Assembly (NCBI GenBank): GCA_041299015.1
Contig: JBFYWB010000062.1
Coordinates: 9,411 to 73,410, forward strand
DNA: 64,000 bases
Direction: 5' to 3'
Source: Deltaproteobacteria bacterium
Lineage (GTDB): Bacteria > Desulfobacterota > Desulfobacteria > Desulfobacterales > SG8-13
How positions within the stretch are numbered: position 1 is the stretch's first letter; each line of letters opens with the position of its first letter. The translations under genes were made by a program, and so were the position numbers. Of the stretch, positions 48,296 through 58,747 are shown piece by piece. The notes under the pieces are model-generated. The model had not been told where the DNA came from. It worked only from the letters and a program-made list of their open reading frames with translations, and searched no databases.

Positions 48296-49318
48296 ATGAA
48301 TCGTGCAAAGCTCGAACCTGTGGCACGGCAGCTTGTGGCGGACGGCAAGGGCATCCTTGCGGCCGACGAGAGCCTGCCGACAATCAAAAAGCGTTTCGAC
48401 GCCATCGCAGTTGAATCGACCGAAGAAAATCGTCGCGCTTATCGGGATTTGCTCTTCACGACACCGAATGCCGGCAAGCACATCAGTGGCGTGATCTTAT
48501 TCGAGGAAACCCTGCGGCAGAAATCCCTGGACGGCACTGCCTTTCCGCAGCTGTTGAGCGACCGGGGGATTCTACCCGGGATCAAGGTCGACCAAGGCGC
48601 CAAGCCCCTGGCCGGATTCAGTGGTGAAAAAATCACCGAAGGCCTGGACGGTCTGCGTGAGCGTTTGGCCGCTTACCGGGAACTCGGTGCAAGGTTTGCT
48701 AAATGGCGGGCAGTGATCACCATCGGCAAGGACATACCGAGTCGGTTGTGTATCGATGCCAATGCCCACGCACTGGCGCGCTACGCCGCGCTGTGCCAGG
48801 AGGCCGAACTGGTGCCGATCGTTGAACCCGAAGTCCTCATGGATGGCCCTCACGATATACAGCGATGTCAGGATGTGACGGCCGCCACCCTCAAAAGCGT
48901 TTTTATGGCCCTCTTTGAACATTGCGTCCTTTTGGAAGGTATGCTACTCAAGCCGAACATGGTTCTTTCGGGATCCGAGAGTCCGAACCAGGCCACGGTT
49001 GCGGAAGTGGCCGAAAGAACGGTGGTTACCTTCCGACAGGTCGTGCCGGCGGCCCTGCCCGGAATCGTTTTCCTCTCGGGTGGTCAGAGTTCCGAATTGG
49101 CCACCGAGCACCTGAATGCGATGAACGCACTCGGGAGACATCCCTGGGAACTCAGCTTTTCTTACGGCCGGGCCTTGCAGGAGCATACCCTCAAAGCATG
49201 GCGGGGGCGGGCGGATGCCGTCGCTGAGGCCCAGAAAGTGTTTTACCACCGGGCCAGTTGCAACGGCGCAGCGCGCTACGGTCAATACACCAAGGCGCTG
49301 GAAGAAAAACCCGCTTGA
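48296..49318 (+). CDS. fba: class I (Schiff-base, eukaryote-type) fructose-bisphosphate aldolase
   Basis: GKGILAADES, LFEETL, LLKPNMV and LSGGQS blocks typical of the PF00274-type aldolase. Confidence 0.9.
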   Translation: MNRAKLEPVARQLVADGKGILAADESLPTIKKRFDAIAVESTEENRRAYRDLLFTTPNAGKHISGVILFEETLRQKSLDGTAFPQLLSDRGILPGIKVDQGAKPLAGFSGEKITEGLDGLRERLAAYRELGARFAKWRAVITIGKDIPSRLCIDANAHALARYAALCQEAELVPIVEPEVLMDGPHDIQRCQDVTAATLKSVFMALFEHCVLLEGMLLKPNMVLSGSESPNQATVAEVAERTVVTFRQVVPAALPGIVFLSGGQSSELATEHLNAMNALGRHPWELSFSYGRALQEHTLKAWRGRADAVAEAQKVFYHRASCNGAARYGQYTKALEEKPA

Positions 49319-49489
49319 TCCGAAAGGGAAACTGGAGGTGCGAAGCGATGCACGACGGCAAACGGACGAAAAACACCGCAATCCATCACTAACCTATGCC
49401 GATACGCTCTTTTACAAGCATTTGCCCGCGGTTATGACTCTCTTTTCAAGGACAGCGCCCGTTAGCCGATTCGCGCGGATGCCCAGGCG

Positions 49490-50347
49490 ATGAAAGACTT
49501 CTGGCACTGGTGGCAACATATTCCCCAACATTTGGATCCGGTGGTCTTCGACTTCGGCGGTTTCAAGCTGCAATACTACGGGCTGATGTACGTGGTCGCT
49601 TTTTCCGCGACCTACCTGCTGGTTGTCTACCGGCTTAAATACGAAAAGCGGTTCCTGGTGAGCGGCGAACAGGTTCAGGCGCTGATCACCTACATGATGT
49701 TGGGGGTTATCATCGGCGGTCGTCTTGGCTACGTGCTCTTTTACAACCTGGCCTATTACCTTAAACACCCGCTGGAAATTATTCTGCCCTTCGACCTTGC
49801 GAACGGATTCAAGTTCACCGGTATTACCGGCATGTCGTTTCATGGCGGACTTGTCTGCGTCATCCTGTTCGCTTGGCTCTACTGTCGTAAACACGGCCTC
49901 AATCTGCTCGAGATGGCCGATCTTTTCATCCCCGCCATCCCGCTGGGATATACCTTCGGCCGAATCGGCAATTTCATCAACGGTGAGCTCTATGGCCGGG
50001 TGACTTCCGCTCCTATTGGAATGATGTTTCCCCTGGCGCCCGGTAGCCAACTGAGACACCCGTCGCAACTCTACGAAGCCCTGTTCGAGGGTGTTTTTCT
50101 TTTCGTGGTTTTGTGGAGTGTGAGGCGAAGACTTCGTGTACCGGGGGCTATGCTGCCACTCTACCTGATCGGGTACGGAACGGTTCGATTTTTCATTGAA
50201 TATTTCCGCCAGCCCGATACCCACTTGGGTTTTGTACTTCTTTCGCTTTCGATGGGGCAGGTGCTGTGCCTGTCGATGATCGGCAGCGGCGGGCTTCTGC
50301 TGGTTTATCTGTACCGCCGGCAGAGGATGATCGCAAACAACCGTTGA
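49490..50347 (+). CDS. lgt: phosphatidylglycerol-prolipoprotein diacylglyceryl transferase
   Basis: YGLMYVVAF, FHGGL, GRIGNFINGELYG and HPSQLYEA motifs. Confidence 0.95.
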   Translation: MKDFWHWWQHIPQHLDPVVFDFGGFKLQYYGLMYVVAFSATYLLVVYRLKYEKRFLVSGEQVQALITYMMLGVIIGGRLGYVLFYNLAYYLKHPLEIILPFDLANGFKFTGITGMSFHGGLVCVILFAWLYCRKHGLNLLEMADLFIPAIPLGYTFGRIGNFINGELYGRVTSAPIGMMFPLAPGSQLRHPSQLYEALFEGVFLFVVLWSVRRRLRVPGAMLPLYLIGYGTVRFFIEYFRQPDTHLGFVLLSLSMGQVLCLSMIGSGGLLLVYLYRRQRMIANNR

Positions 50348-50388
50348 ATCGTTTATTCTTATGTACCTCGGGAAATTGATTCTGAATC

Positions 50389-51786
50389 ATGACGACGCTG
50401 ATGTTCTATAACACACTGTCCCGCAGCAAAGAGCCATTTCGACCGCTGCACGAAGATTATGTCGGTCTCTACACTTGCGGGCCGACGGTGTACAACTACG
50501 CCCACATCGGCAACCTGAGAACTTATATCTTCGAGGATATTCTCAAGCGCGTGTTGCTCTACAACGATTTTCGTGTCAAGCACGTGATGAACATCACCGA
50601 TGTCGGCCACCTGACCGGCGACCGGGACATGGGCGAAGACAAAATGGAAAAAGGTGCCGCCCGTGAGGGTAAAACCGCCTGGGATATCGCCGAATTCTAT
50701 ACCCGGGCGTTTCAGAAAGACATTGGCCAGCTGAACATCCTGCCGCCGGACGTTTGGTGCCGGGCCACCGATACGATCCCTGATCAGATTGCCATGATAC
50801 GGTTGCTTGAAGAAAAAGGATACACTTACCGGACCGGAGACGGTATCTACTTCGACACTTCCCGTGTCGATAATTACGCCAAATTGTCCTACCAGAAACT
50901 CGATGCGCTCCAGGAAGGAGCCCGGGTGGAAAAGAATCCCGCTAAGCGCAACCCCACTGATTTTGCTCTGTGGAAGTTTTCACCCCAAGACATCAAACGC
51001 CAAATGGAATGGGATTCTCCCTGGGGCAAGGGTTTTCCGGGTTGGCATATCGAGTGTTCGGTCATGAGCATGAAGTTTTTGGATGGCCATCTCGACATCC
51101 ACTGCGGCGGGACCGATCACATCGACGTGCATCACACCAACGAAATTGCCCAGTCCGAGGCGGCCACCGGCAAAAAATTTTTCAATTTTTGGATGCACGG
51201 GGCTTTTCTGAACATCGCCGGCGGCAAGAAAATGGCCAAGAGTTCCGATAATTTCCTGACGCTCGAGGCCACCTTCACCCAAAACGGGATCAGCCCGTTG
51301 GTCTACCGTTTTGCCGCATTTCTCACCCATTACCGCAAGCCGATGGAATTCAGCGACGAATCGCTGGAAGCGGCGCGCAATGGACTGGTCCACCTTCAGA
51401 ACCAGGTCCGCAGCTTGATGGGCCTGCAGAAGAGTGAGGGGAAGGTTCATCCGGATTTCAGGACCCGCTTTCTCGAGGCCGTCAACGATGATTTGAACAT
51501 GCCGCGGGCCATGGCCGTCGTTCAGGAAACGTTGAAAGCGGATCTCCACGAAGGCGGCCGATTGGCCACGGTGCTGGATTTCGACCGGGTGATGGGATTG
51601 GACCTCGACCAGGTGGGTCAAGATGAGTGTCTGCCGGCCGAGGTTTTAAAACTGGTGGCGGCGCGCCAAAAGGCTCGGACCGAAAAGAACTGGAAGGATT
51701 CCGATCGGCTGCGGGAGGAAATTCTGGCACTCGGATACACGGTGCAGGACGTCAAGGAAGGGATGAAGGTCTTCAGGCACCGATAA
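50389..51786 (+). CDS. cysS: cysteinyl-tRNA synthetase
   Basis: HIGH motif (YNYAHIGNLR), KMSKS variant (KKMAKS) and WHIECS. Confidence 0.97.
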   Translation: MTTLMFYNTLSRSKEPFRPLHEDYVGLYTCGPTVYNYAHIGNLRTYIFEDILKRVLLYNDFRVKHVMNITDVGHLTGDRDMGEDKMEKGAAREGKTAWDIAEFYTRAFQKDIGQLNILPPDVWCRATDTIPDQIAMIRLLEEKGYTYRTGDGIYFDTSRVDNYAKLSYQKLDALQEGARVEKNPAKRNPTDFALWKFSPQDIKRQMEWDSPWGKGFPGWHIECSVMSMKFLDGHLDIHCGGTDHIDVHHTNEIAQSEAATGKKFFNFWMHGAFLNIAGGKKMAKSSDNFLTLEATFTQNGISPLVYRFAAFLTHYRKPMEFSDESLEAARNGLVHLQNQVRSLMGLQKSEGKVHPDFRTRFLEAVNDDLNMPRAMAVVQETLKADLHEGGRLATVLDFDRVMGLDLDQVGQDECLPAEVLKLVAARQKARTEKNWKDSDRLREEILALGYTVQDVKEGMKVFRHR

Positions 51787-51808
51787 TAAAGAAGCGTAGC
51801 CATCAACC

Positions 51809-52594
51809 TCACTTGATCAACCGCCGGCGCATGGCTCTTAGGGCCAGAATGGCAAAAATCAGGAAGAAGAACAACAGGTAAAGCATGCTCAGTGCCGGCG
51901 GTGTCTCCCGGGCGCCGAGGCTGATCCAGCGTGCCAGTTCGGTGAGGTGATAGAGAGGAAAGGCCAGCGCTGCCGGCTGGACCCACAAAGGCAAGTTGGA
52001 TACCGGGAAAAAAGTCCCGCTGAAAAGAAACATCGGGGTGACGAATAAAAAAATCGGCAGATTGAACATGTCGATCGTGGGGACGATTCCGGTAAAAAAC
52101 ATGCCGACGGCACCGAAGGCCAGGCCCCCTATCAGAGCCAAGGGAATCAACAGCAGGCCGAGCGGAAAACGGACATACCCCAAACCACCCAGTACCAGCA
52201 GCATGACAGCCGCCGCCGCCACCGCCTTGGTCGCGCTCCAGAATATTTCGGCGATGATGATCTCCTCCAAAGAAATCGGCGCGGCCAGCATGCCGTCGAA
52301 GGTTTTCTGGTAGTACATGCGCACGAAAGATCCATAGGTGGTTTCGAAAAACGCGTTCCACATCACGGCGGTTGCGATCAGCGCCGGCGCAATGAAAGCC
52401 GTGTAGGACAGGGCAAGACCGCCATAGCGCACGGTGCCGATCAGGCCGCTGAAGCCCAGACCGAAGGCCAGAATGTAAAACAGCGGTTCGAGCAGCGGCG
52501 TGATGAAGCTGACCTTCCAGATTTTCTGGTAGACCACCAGATTGCGTTCCCATACCCGTAAAAAACGCCACGAATAGACCGACCAGTCGATCAT
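51809..52594 (-). CDS. ABC-2 type exporter permease (NodJ-like)
   Basis: Six-TM ABC-2 permease pattern. ATGA overlap with the upstream ATPase gene. Confidence 0.85.
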   Translation of the reverse strand: MIDWSVYSWRFLRVWERNLVVYQKIWKVSFITPLLEPLFYILAFGLGFSGLIGTVRYGGLALSYTAFIAPALIATAVMWNAFFETTYGSFVRMYYQKTFDGMLAAPISLEEIIIAEIFWSATKAVAAAAVMLLVLGGLGYVRFPLGLLLIPLALIGGLAFGAVGMFFTGIVPTIDMFNLPIFLFVTPMFLFSGTFFPVSNLPLWVQPAALAFPLYHLTELARWISLGARETPPALSMLYLLFFFLIFAILALRAMRRRLIK

Positions 52595-53502
52595 TCCCTG
52601 AGTTCCCTTCCCGTCATGTGCAGAAACACGTCCTCAAGGGTACTGTTTCTGAAAATGCATTTGTCAGTGCAAAAACGATCGCGAATCGTGGTGTGCAGTT
52701 CCACCCCCTCCGGTATGTACACGATCAGGCGATGTCCCAGGTCGTCGTGTTCAATGCGGTTCTCCTTCACATAATCCCGCAACCCTTGGTCGGGGCCCTC
52801 GATTTCGACCACACTGCTGCCGGCATGACGGGCGATCAACTCCGCCGGGCCGCCGTCGACCAGAATACGGCCGTGATCGATGATGACCAGACGATCGCAG
52901 AGCCGCGAGGCCTCCTCCATGTAATGGGTGGTCATGAGAATCGTCAGTCCGGTGGCCCGTAAGGCCGTCAACTTGTCCCACATCAGGTGGCGCGATTGAG
53001 GATCGAGCCCGGTGGTCGGCTCGTCAAGGATCAGCAGGTCGGGTTTGTTGATCAGTGCCCGGGCCAGGATCAGCCGGCGTGCCATTCCGCCCGACAACTC
53101 CATGACTTTGGCGTTTTTTTTGTGGGACAGGGCGAAGAAGTCGAGCAGTTCATGGGTGTGTCGGACGGCTTCCTTTTTGGGAATCGAAAAATAGCGGGCA
53201 TAGACGTGCAGGTTCTGTTCGACCGTGAGGTCCGGGTCGAGGGTGTTCTCCTGATGGCAGACGCCGATACGGCATTTGATGGGGCGCCAGTGGCTTTTCA
53301 TATCGAGTCCGAACACCTTCAGGCTGCCGCCGGTCGGCGGCGCGAAGCCATAGAGCATCCGGATCGTTGTGGTTTTACCGGCGCCATTGGGGCCCAGCAG
53401 ACCGAAAAATTCGCCTTTCGCCACCTCGAACGAGATGCCGTCGACAGCTGCAAGTCCGTTAAATTGCTTCAGCAGGTCTCGAACTTCGATCACGTTCGCC
53501 AT
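52591..53502 (-). CDS. ABC transporter ATP-binding protein (NodI/DrrA-like)
   Basis: Walker A GPNGAGKTT, signature LSGGMARR and Walker B LLILDEPT. ATG at 53502 with a GGAG RBS. Confidence 0.93.
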   Translation of the reverse strand: MANVIEVRDLLKQFNGLAAVDGISFEVAKGEFFGLLGPNGAGKTTTIRMLYGFAPPTGGSLKVFGLDMKSHWRPIKCRIGVCHQENTLDPDLTVEQNLHVYARYFSIPKKEAVRHTHELLDFFALSHKKNAKVMELSGGMARRLILARALINKPDLLILDEPTTGLDPQSRHLMWDKLTALRATGLTILMTTHYMEEASRLCDRLVIIDHGRILVDGGPAELIARHAGSSVVEIEGPDQGLRDYVKENRIEHDDLGHRLIVYIPEGVELHTTIRDRFCTDKCIFRNSTLEDVFLHMTGRELRE

Positions 53503-53526
53503 TCGGCTTAAACTCCACAAGGGCGG

Positions 53527-54861
53527 TCAGCGGTCGATCTCCAGGCGTGTCCCGGCGGCCAAAGGATCGATATGGTCCTTATAGAATGCCAGGTGTCCGG
53601 AAACGATGGTGGCGGCCACCGATGAACGAAACCTCAGTCCGTCGAAAGGGGACCAGCCGCAACGGTACAAGATCGACTGCTCACCGACGTGTTGCGGGCG
53701 GTTCAAGTCGACGAGGGTCAGATCGGCCCAGTAGCCTTCGCGGATATACCCCCGCTCCTTCAATCGAAATACCCTTGCGGGAGCATGCGCGGTCTTGTCG
53801 GCGATCAGCGGCAGTGAAAAAAGGCCATCGTGATAATGTTCCAGCACACAGACCAGAGCGTGCTGCACCAGCGGCAGACCGGCTGGGGCCTTGAAATACG
53901 GGTTCTGTTTTTCAGTGAGTGTGTGCGGAGCATGATCGGTGGCGATTACGTCGATGAGATTGCGGCGGACCGCGGCGACGAGCGCCTTGCGATCAGCGGC
54001 CGTTTTTATGGCGGGGTTGCACTTGATCCGGGTCCCTTGCTCCGCATAGTGTCGATCGTCAAAATAGAGGTGGTGGACGCAGACCTCGGCGGTGATCCGC
54101 TTGTCTTCCAAAGGGGCGTCACTCAACAGGTTCATCTCCCTGGCCGTGGTCAGATGCAGCAGGTGTAACTGCGCGTCGAACTCGCGGGCCAAATCGATCG
54201 CCAGGGAAGATGAGCGCCAGCAGGCCTCGGCGCTGCGAATTTCGGGATGCGCGCTCATGGGCACCGCCTCGCCGTAGCGGGACCGTAAGCGCTCTTCGTT
54301 GGCCCGGATGGTCGGGGTATCTTCACAGTGGGTGGCGACCACCGTTGGTGCCTGGGAAAAAATGCCGCGCAGGGCTTCGGGGTCGTCCACCAGCAGGTTA
54401 CCGGTTGAAGCGCCCATGAAGATTTTTATACCACAGGCCTCACAAGGATCGAGGGCTTTTATTTCCTCCAGATTGTCGTTAGCCCCGCCCAGATAGAACG
54501 CGTAGTTGGCAAAGGACCGACCGGCGGCCCGTGCGAATTTCTCGCTGAGCAGCTGCCGCGTTGTGGTCGGCGGAATCGTGTTCGGCATGTCCATGAAGCC
54601 GGTGATGCCGCCGGCGACAGCCGCTCTTGATTCGCTGAAGATATCGCCCTTGTGGGTAAGGCCCGGCTCACGGAAATGAACCTGATCGTCAATCATTCCG
54701 GGCAGCAGGAGGCGGCCGGCGGCATCGATGACCGTGGCGGCCCGCCGCGATGCCAGATCCGGCCCCACTTGCTCGATTCGGCCGTTGGCGATGAAGACAT
54801 CGCCGCAGCGAACTTCGCCATCGTTGGCGATCAGGGCGTTGACGATCAAAATCGATTCCAT
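53527..54861 (-). CDS. pyrC: dihydroorotase (cyclic amidohydrolase superfamily)
   Basis: PGMIDDQVHFREPG, HCED and VIATDHAPH blocks. ATG at 54861 (MESILIVN) gives ~444 aa. The upstream part of the 493-aa ORF looks non-coding. Confidence 0.85.
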   Translation of the reverse strand: MESILIVNALIANDGEVRCGDVFIANGRIEQVGPDLASRRAATVIDAAGRLLLPGMIDDQVHFREPGLTHKGDIFSESRAAVAGGITGFMDMPNTIPPTTTRQLLSEKFARAAGRSFANYAFYLGGANDNLEEIKALDPCEACGIKIFMGASTGNLLVDDPEALRGIFSQAPTVVATHCEDTPTIRANEERLRSRYGEAVPMSAHPEIRSAEACWRSSSLAIDLAREFDAQLHLLHLTTAREMNLLSDAPLEDKRITAEVCVHHLYFDDRHYAEQGTRIKCNPAIKTAADRKALVAAVRRNLIDVIATDHAPHTLTEKQNPYFKAPAGLPLVQHALVCVLEHYHDGLFSLPLIADKTAHAPARVFRLKERGYIREGYWADLTLVDLNRPQHVGEQSILYRCGWSPFDGLRFRSSVAATIVSGHLAFYKDHIDPLAAGTRLEIDR

Positions 54862-55202
54862 GCTCCCGTGATCCTTCGTTGCGGGCATAAAAGCAATCGG
54901 CTTTGCGCGAGTCACCGGCCGTTGGATGCAGTCCGGGGTGATTCGCAACCATAAGCACGGCCGATTCGTACCACAGCTGGCCGGTAAAAGCAAAAACGAC
55001 GCGGCCATTCGATTGGTATCCGCAGGGTCGCGGCGTTTGCAAGAAAGGCACTAAAATAGGCCGCCATTCTTAAAGGCCGTTGCGGTTGTCTGTCGGGGTT
55101 AATTTTTTTCAGAAGGGTTTAAAAAATGACAAATATGTATTAACTTGTCAGGCCCAAACCAAATTAGAAATTCATTATTTTTTTTGAAAGCCGGCCCCTG
55201 TT

Positions 55203-56735
55203 ATGGATGATATCAGACGATTCGAACAGACAACTCTGCTCTATGAAATCAGCACGGCCCTCAACGAGCATCTGGATCTCAAAAAATCCTTATACAAGGT
55301 GTTAGACATCCTGTCCACGTCGCTGAAAATGGAGCGCGGCACGATCACGATCCTCGATCCACTGCGCAACGAAATCCATATCGAGGTCGCCCACGGCATA
55401 TCCAAGAGTGCGGTATCGCGGGTTAAATATCAGCTCGGCGAAGGGGTCACCGGCCGCGTCATTCAGTCCGGAAAAACGGTCGCCATCCCTAAAATAAGCC
55501 AGGAACCCCATTTTCTCGATCGTACGGCCTCGCGCAGATCCAGAGAGTCTCGTGAGCTGTCATTTTTCTGCACACCGATCAAGAAAGGCAACCAGGTGGT
55601 GGGGGCCTTGAGCGTCGATCGCCTCTATGATGAAGGTTACAACTTGGCCGAAGGTAAAAAACTGCTTTCCGTGGTCGCCACTATGGTGGCCCAGCACGTG
55701 ATCAACCTGGAAACCATTCAGCGCGAAAAAGATCAGCTGCGGGATGAGAACCGTAGGCTCAGGAAGGAGTTGGAAAACAAGTACCGTATTACCAACATCA
55801 TCGGCAACAGCAACAAGATGCGGGAGGTTTTCCAGATGATCTTCCAGGTGTCGAAAAGCAACGCCACGGTTCTCATCCGCGGCGAAAGCGGCACGGGAAA
55901 GGAGTTGGTCGCCAATTAGATTCATTACAACAGTCACCGTGCCAAAAATGCCTTTGTCAAGGTCAACTGTGCGGCCCTGCCGGCCAACCTGATCGAGAGC
56001 GAGTTGTTCGGCCATGAAATGGGTGCTTTTACCGGCGCCATCAAACAAAAACAAGGCAAGTTCGAACTGGCCAACAAGGGGACGATTTTTTTGGATGAAA
56101 TCGGCGCCATCGGTCTGGATGTCCAGGCGAGCCTGCTGCGGGTCCTGCAGGAGAAGGAATTCGAACGGGTCGGCGGACACAAGACCACCAAGACCGACGT
56201 GCGGGTCATCGCGGCCACCAATAAGAATCTGGAAGAGGCCGTCGAGGACGGGTCTTTTCGCGGCGATCTGTATTATCGGCTCAACGTGTTTCCGATTTAC
56301 ATGCCTCCCTTAAGAGAGCGCAAGACCGATATTCTGCTGCTGGCCGATCATTTTCTCGAAAAATACGCCCAGGAAAATGGTAAGGACATCCGCCGCTTTT
56401 CCACACCCGCCATTGACATGCTCATGAACTATCACTGGCCCGGAAACGTCCGAGAACTGGAGAACTGCATCGAGCGGGCTGTGCTGCTCTGCGAGGAAGG
56501 CGTCATTCATAGTTACCACCTGCCGCCGACCCTTCAAACCGGTGTCGAATCCGACACCCTGCCGACCCTTTCCCTCGATGAGGCCGTCGCCAATCTCGAA
56601 CGGGAAATGATCATCGATGCCCTGAAGAACACCCGTGGCAACATCACTCAGGCGGCCGAAATCCTCCAGTCGACAGTGCGCAAGTTTGCCTACAAGGCGA
56701 AGAGATACGGTATCGACTTTCGTCATTATCGCTAG
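55203..56735 (+). pseudogene. GAF-domain sigma-54-dependent transcriptional activator (NifA/NtrC-family bEBP) interrupted by one in-frame TAG at 55917-55919
   Basis: ORFs 55203..55919 and 56004..56735 share a frame, and the stretch between them is open. The combined translation reads [52 protein letters not shown], then a C-terminal HTH ([23 protein letters not shown]). Whether this is a pseudogene, a sequencing error or a recoded codon is unresolved. Confidence 0.8.
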
Positions 56736-56825
56736 AGAAAATAGTGCCTGCGCCTTCTATGACCGGAGGGCATGCAGAAGGCCCTTGCAAAGGCCTTCGC
56801 CCACTTGAATAAAGGCCGATGTGGC

Positions 56826-56881
56826 GGCGGTAAACAAACGCGGCATACGCCCGCGGGCAAATCCGGGCGCATGCCGCGTTT
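56826..56881 (-). terminator. rho-independent terminator downstream of glnA
   Basis: A 17/18-bp hairpin, AAACGCGGCATaCGCCCG / CGGGCGcATGCCGCGTTT (56836-56881), starts 15 nt after the glnA stop. On the minus strand it is followed by GTTTGTTTA. Confidence 0.65.
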
Positions 56882-56895
56882 GCAGGAGCGATAAT

Positions 56896-58308
56896 TTAGA
56901 TGTCGAAGTAGAGGAAGAACTCGTGGGGATGCGGTCGCAGTTTGACCGGATTGATTTCATTTTCGATTTTGTACTCGATCCACATGTCGATAGCGTCCTG
57001 CGTAAACACCTCGCCCTTGAGCAGAAATTCAGAGTCGGCCTTCAGCGCCTCGATCGCCTCTTCGAGTGAACCCGGTGCCGATTCCACCTTGGCCAGCTCT
57101 TCGGGTGGCAGGTTGTAAATGTTCTTGTCGAGCGGATCGCCAGGATCGATCCTGTTTTGAATGCCGTCAATGGCCGCCATCAGGATGGCCGAAAACGCCA
57201 AATAACCGTTGCACGAAGGGTCGGGGGTTCTGAATTCGATCCGCTTGGCTTTGGGAGATGCGGAGTACATCGGGATGCGAATCGCAGCGCTGCGGTTGCG
57301 GCTGGAGTAAGCCAGGTTGACCGGCGCCTCGAAACCGGGAACCAGCCGCTTGTATGAGTTGGTAGTCGGGTTGGTGAAGGCGCATAGCGCCTTGCAGTGC
57401 TTCAGGATGCCGCCGATGGCATAGAGCGCTTCCTGGGAGACGCCGGCATACTTGTCGCCCGCGAAGGTGGTCTGACCCTCCTTCCAGATGCTCAGGTGGG
57501 TGTGCATGCCGGTACCGTTGTCCCCATAGAGCGGCTTCGGCATGAAAGTGACCGTGTGACCGTGACGATAGGCGACGTTCTTCAAAACGTATTTAAACCA
57601 CTTCAGCTGATCGGCCATCTGTACCAGCGGCTTGAAGCGCATGTCGATTTCCGACTGCCCGGCGGTGGCCACTTCATGATGCTGGGCTTCGATCTCGATT
57701 CCCAGGTTCTGGAGGGTGAGGACCATCTCGGTGCGCAGGTCCTGAAATTTGTCCATGGGCGGCACCGGAAAATAGCCTTCTTTGTGGCGGGGCTTGTAGC
57801 CGAGATTCGGACACTCGTCGCGGCCCGAGTTCCAGATGCCCTCGACGGAATCGATTTCATAAAAGGCGCGGTTGGCGGCGGATTCAAAACGGATGTTGTC
57901 GAAAATGAAGAACTCGGCTTCGGGTCCGATGAATGCCGTATCGCCGATTCCGGTGCTCTTCAGATAGGCCTCGGCCTTTTGCGCGATATAGCGCGGATCG
58001 CGGGTATAGGATTCCCGGGTGACCGGATCGACGATATTGCAGATGAGCACCAGTGTCGTTTCGGCGAAAAAGGGGTCGATCTTGGCGGTCACCGGGTCTG
58101 GGATAACCAGCATGTCACTGGCGTTGATCGGTTGCCACCCCCGGATACTGGATCCGTCGAAACCGAAGCCGTCTTCGAAACACGATTCCGACAGCTCGCT
58201 GATGGGGACCGAAAAGTGCTGCCACAGGCCTGGAAAGTCCATGAAGCGCAGATCCAGCATCTTCGCGCCTTTTTCTTTTGCTAACGCCATTACGTCCTTG
58301 GGTGTCAT
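56896..58308 (-). CDS. glnA: glutamine synthetase type I
   Basis: 470 aa with GSI blocks ([43 protein letters not shown]). Confidence 0.97.
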   Translation of the reverse strand: MTPKDVMALAKEKGAKMLDLRFMDFPGLWQHFSVPISELSESCFEDGFGFDGSSIRGWQPINASDMLVIPDPVTAKIDPFFAETTLVLICNIVDPVTRESYTRDPRYIAQKAEAYLKSTGIGDTAFIGPEAEFFIFDNIRFESAANRAFYEIDSVEGIWNSGRDECPNLGYKPRHKEGYFPVPPMDKFQDLRTEMVLTLQNLGIEIEAQHHEVATAGQSEIDMRFKPLVQMADQLKWFKYVLKNVAYRHGHTVTFMPKPLYGDNGTGMHTHLSIWKEGQTTFAGDKYAGVSQEALYAIGGILKHCKALCAFTNPTTNSYKRLVPGFEAPVNLAYSSRNRSAAIRIPMYSASPKAKRIEFRTPDPSCNGYLAFSAILMAAIDGIQNRIDPGDPLDKNIYNLPPEELAKVESAPGSLEEAIEALKADSEFLLKGEVFTQDAIDMWIEYKIENEINPVKLRPHPHEFFLYFDI

Positions 58309-58349
58309 ACGGTCTCCTCCTTATTTAACTGTGCGGTTAATTGAAAAAC

Positions 58350-58691
<342 letters not shown>

Positions 58692-58747
58692 TTAACCTCC
58701 TGTTCGATGTGATCGACACACCCATTCTTGGGGTCGTAGCGTGTCGG

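Noticed and set aside
53527-54861. Q-x-H in place of H-x-H in the dihydroorotase metal site as evidence for an inactive pseudo-enzyme
   Set aside because: From memory, the DDQVHFREPG variant is common in one recognised class of functional dihydroorotases, so I do not claim loss of function.
56757-56830. Additional hairpins between the activator stop and the glnA terminator (GCCTTCT...AGAAGGC and GAAGGCC...GGCCTTC) as separate terminators or an sRNA
   Set aside because: No adjoining U-tract on either strand. They are probably just part of the convergent 3' UTR structure, and there is too little evidence to call a feature.
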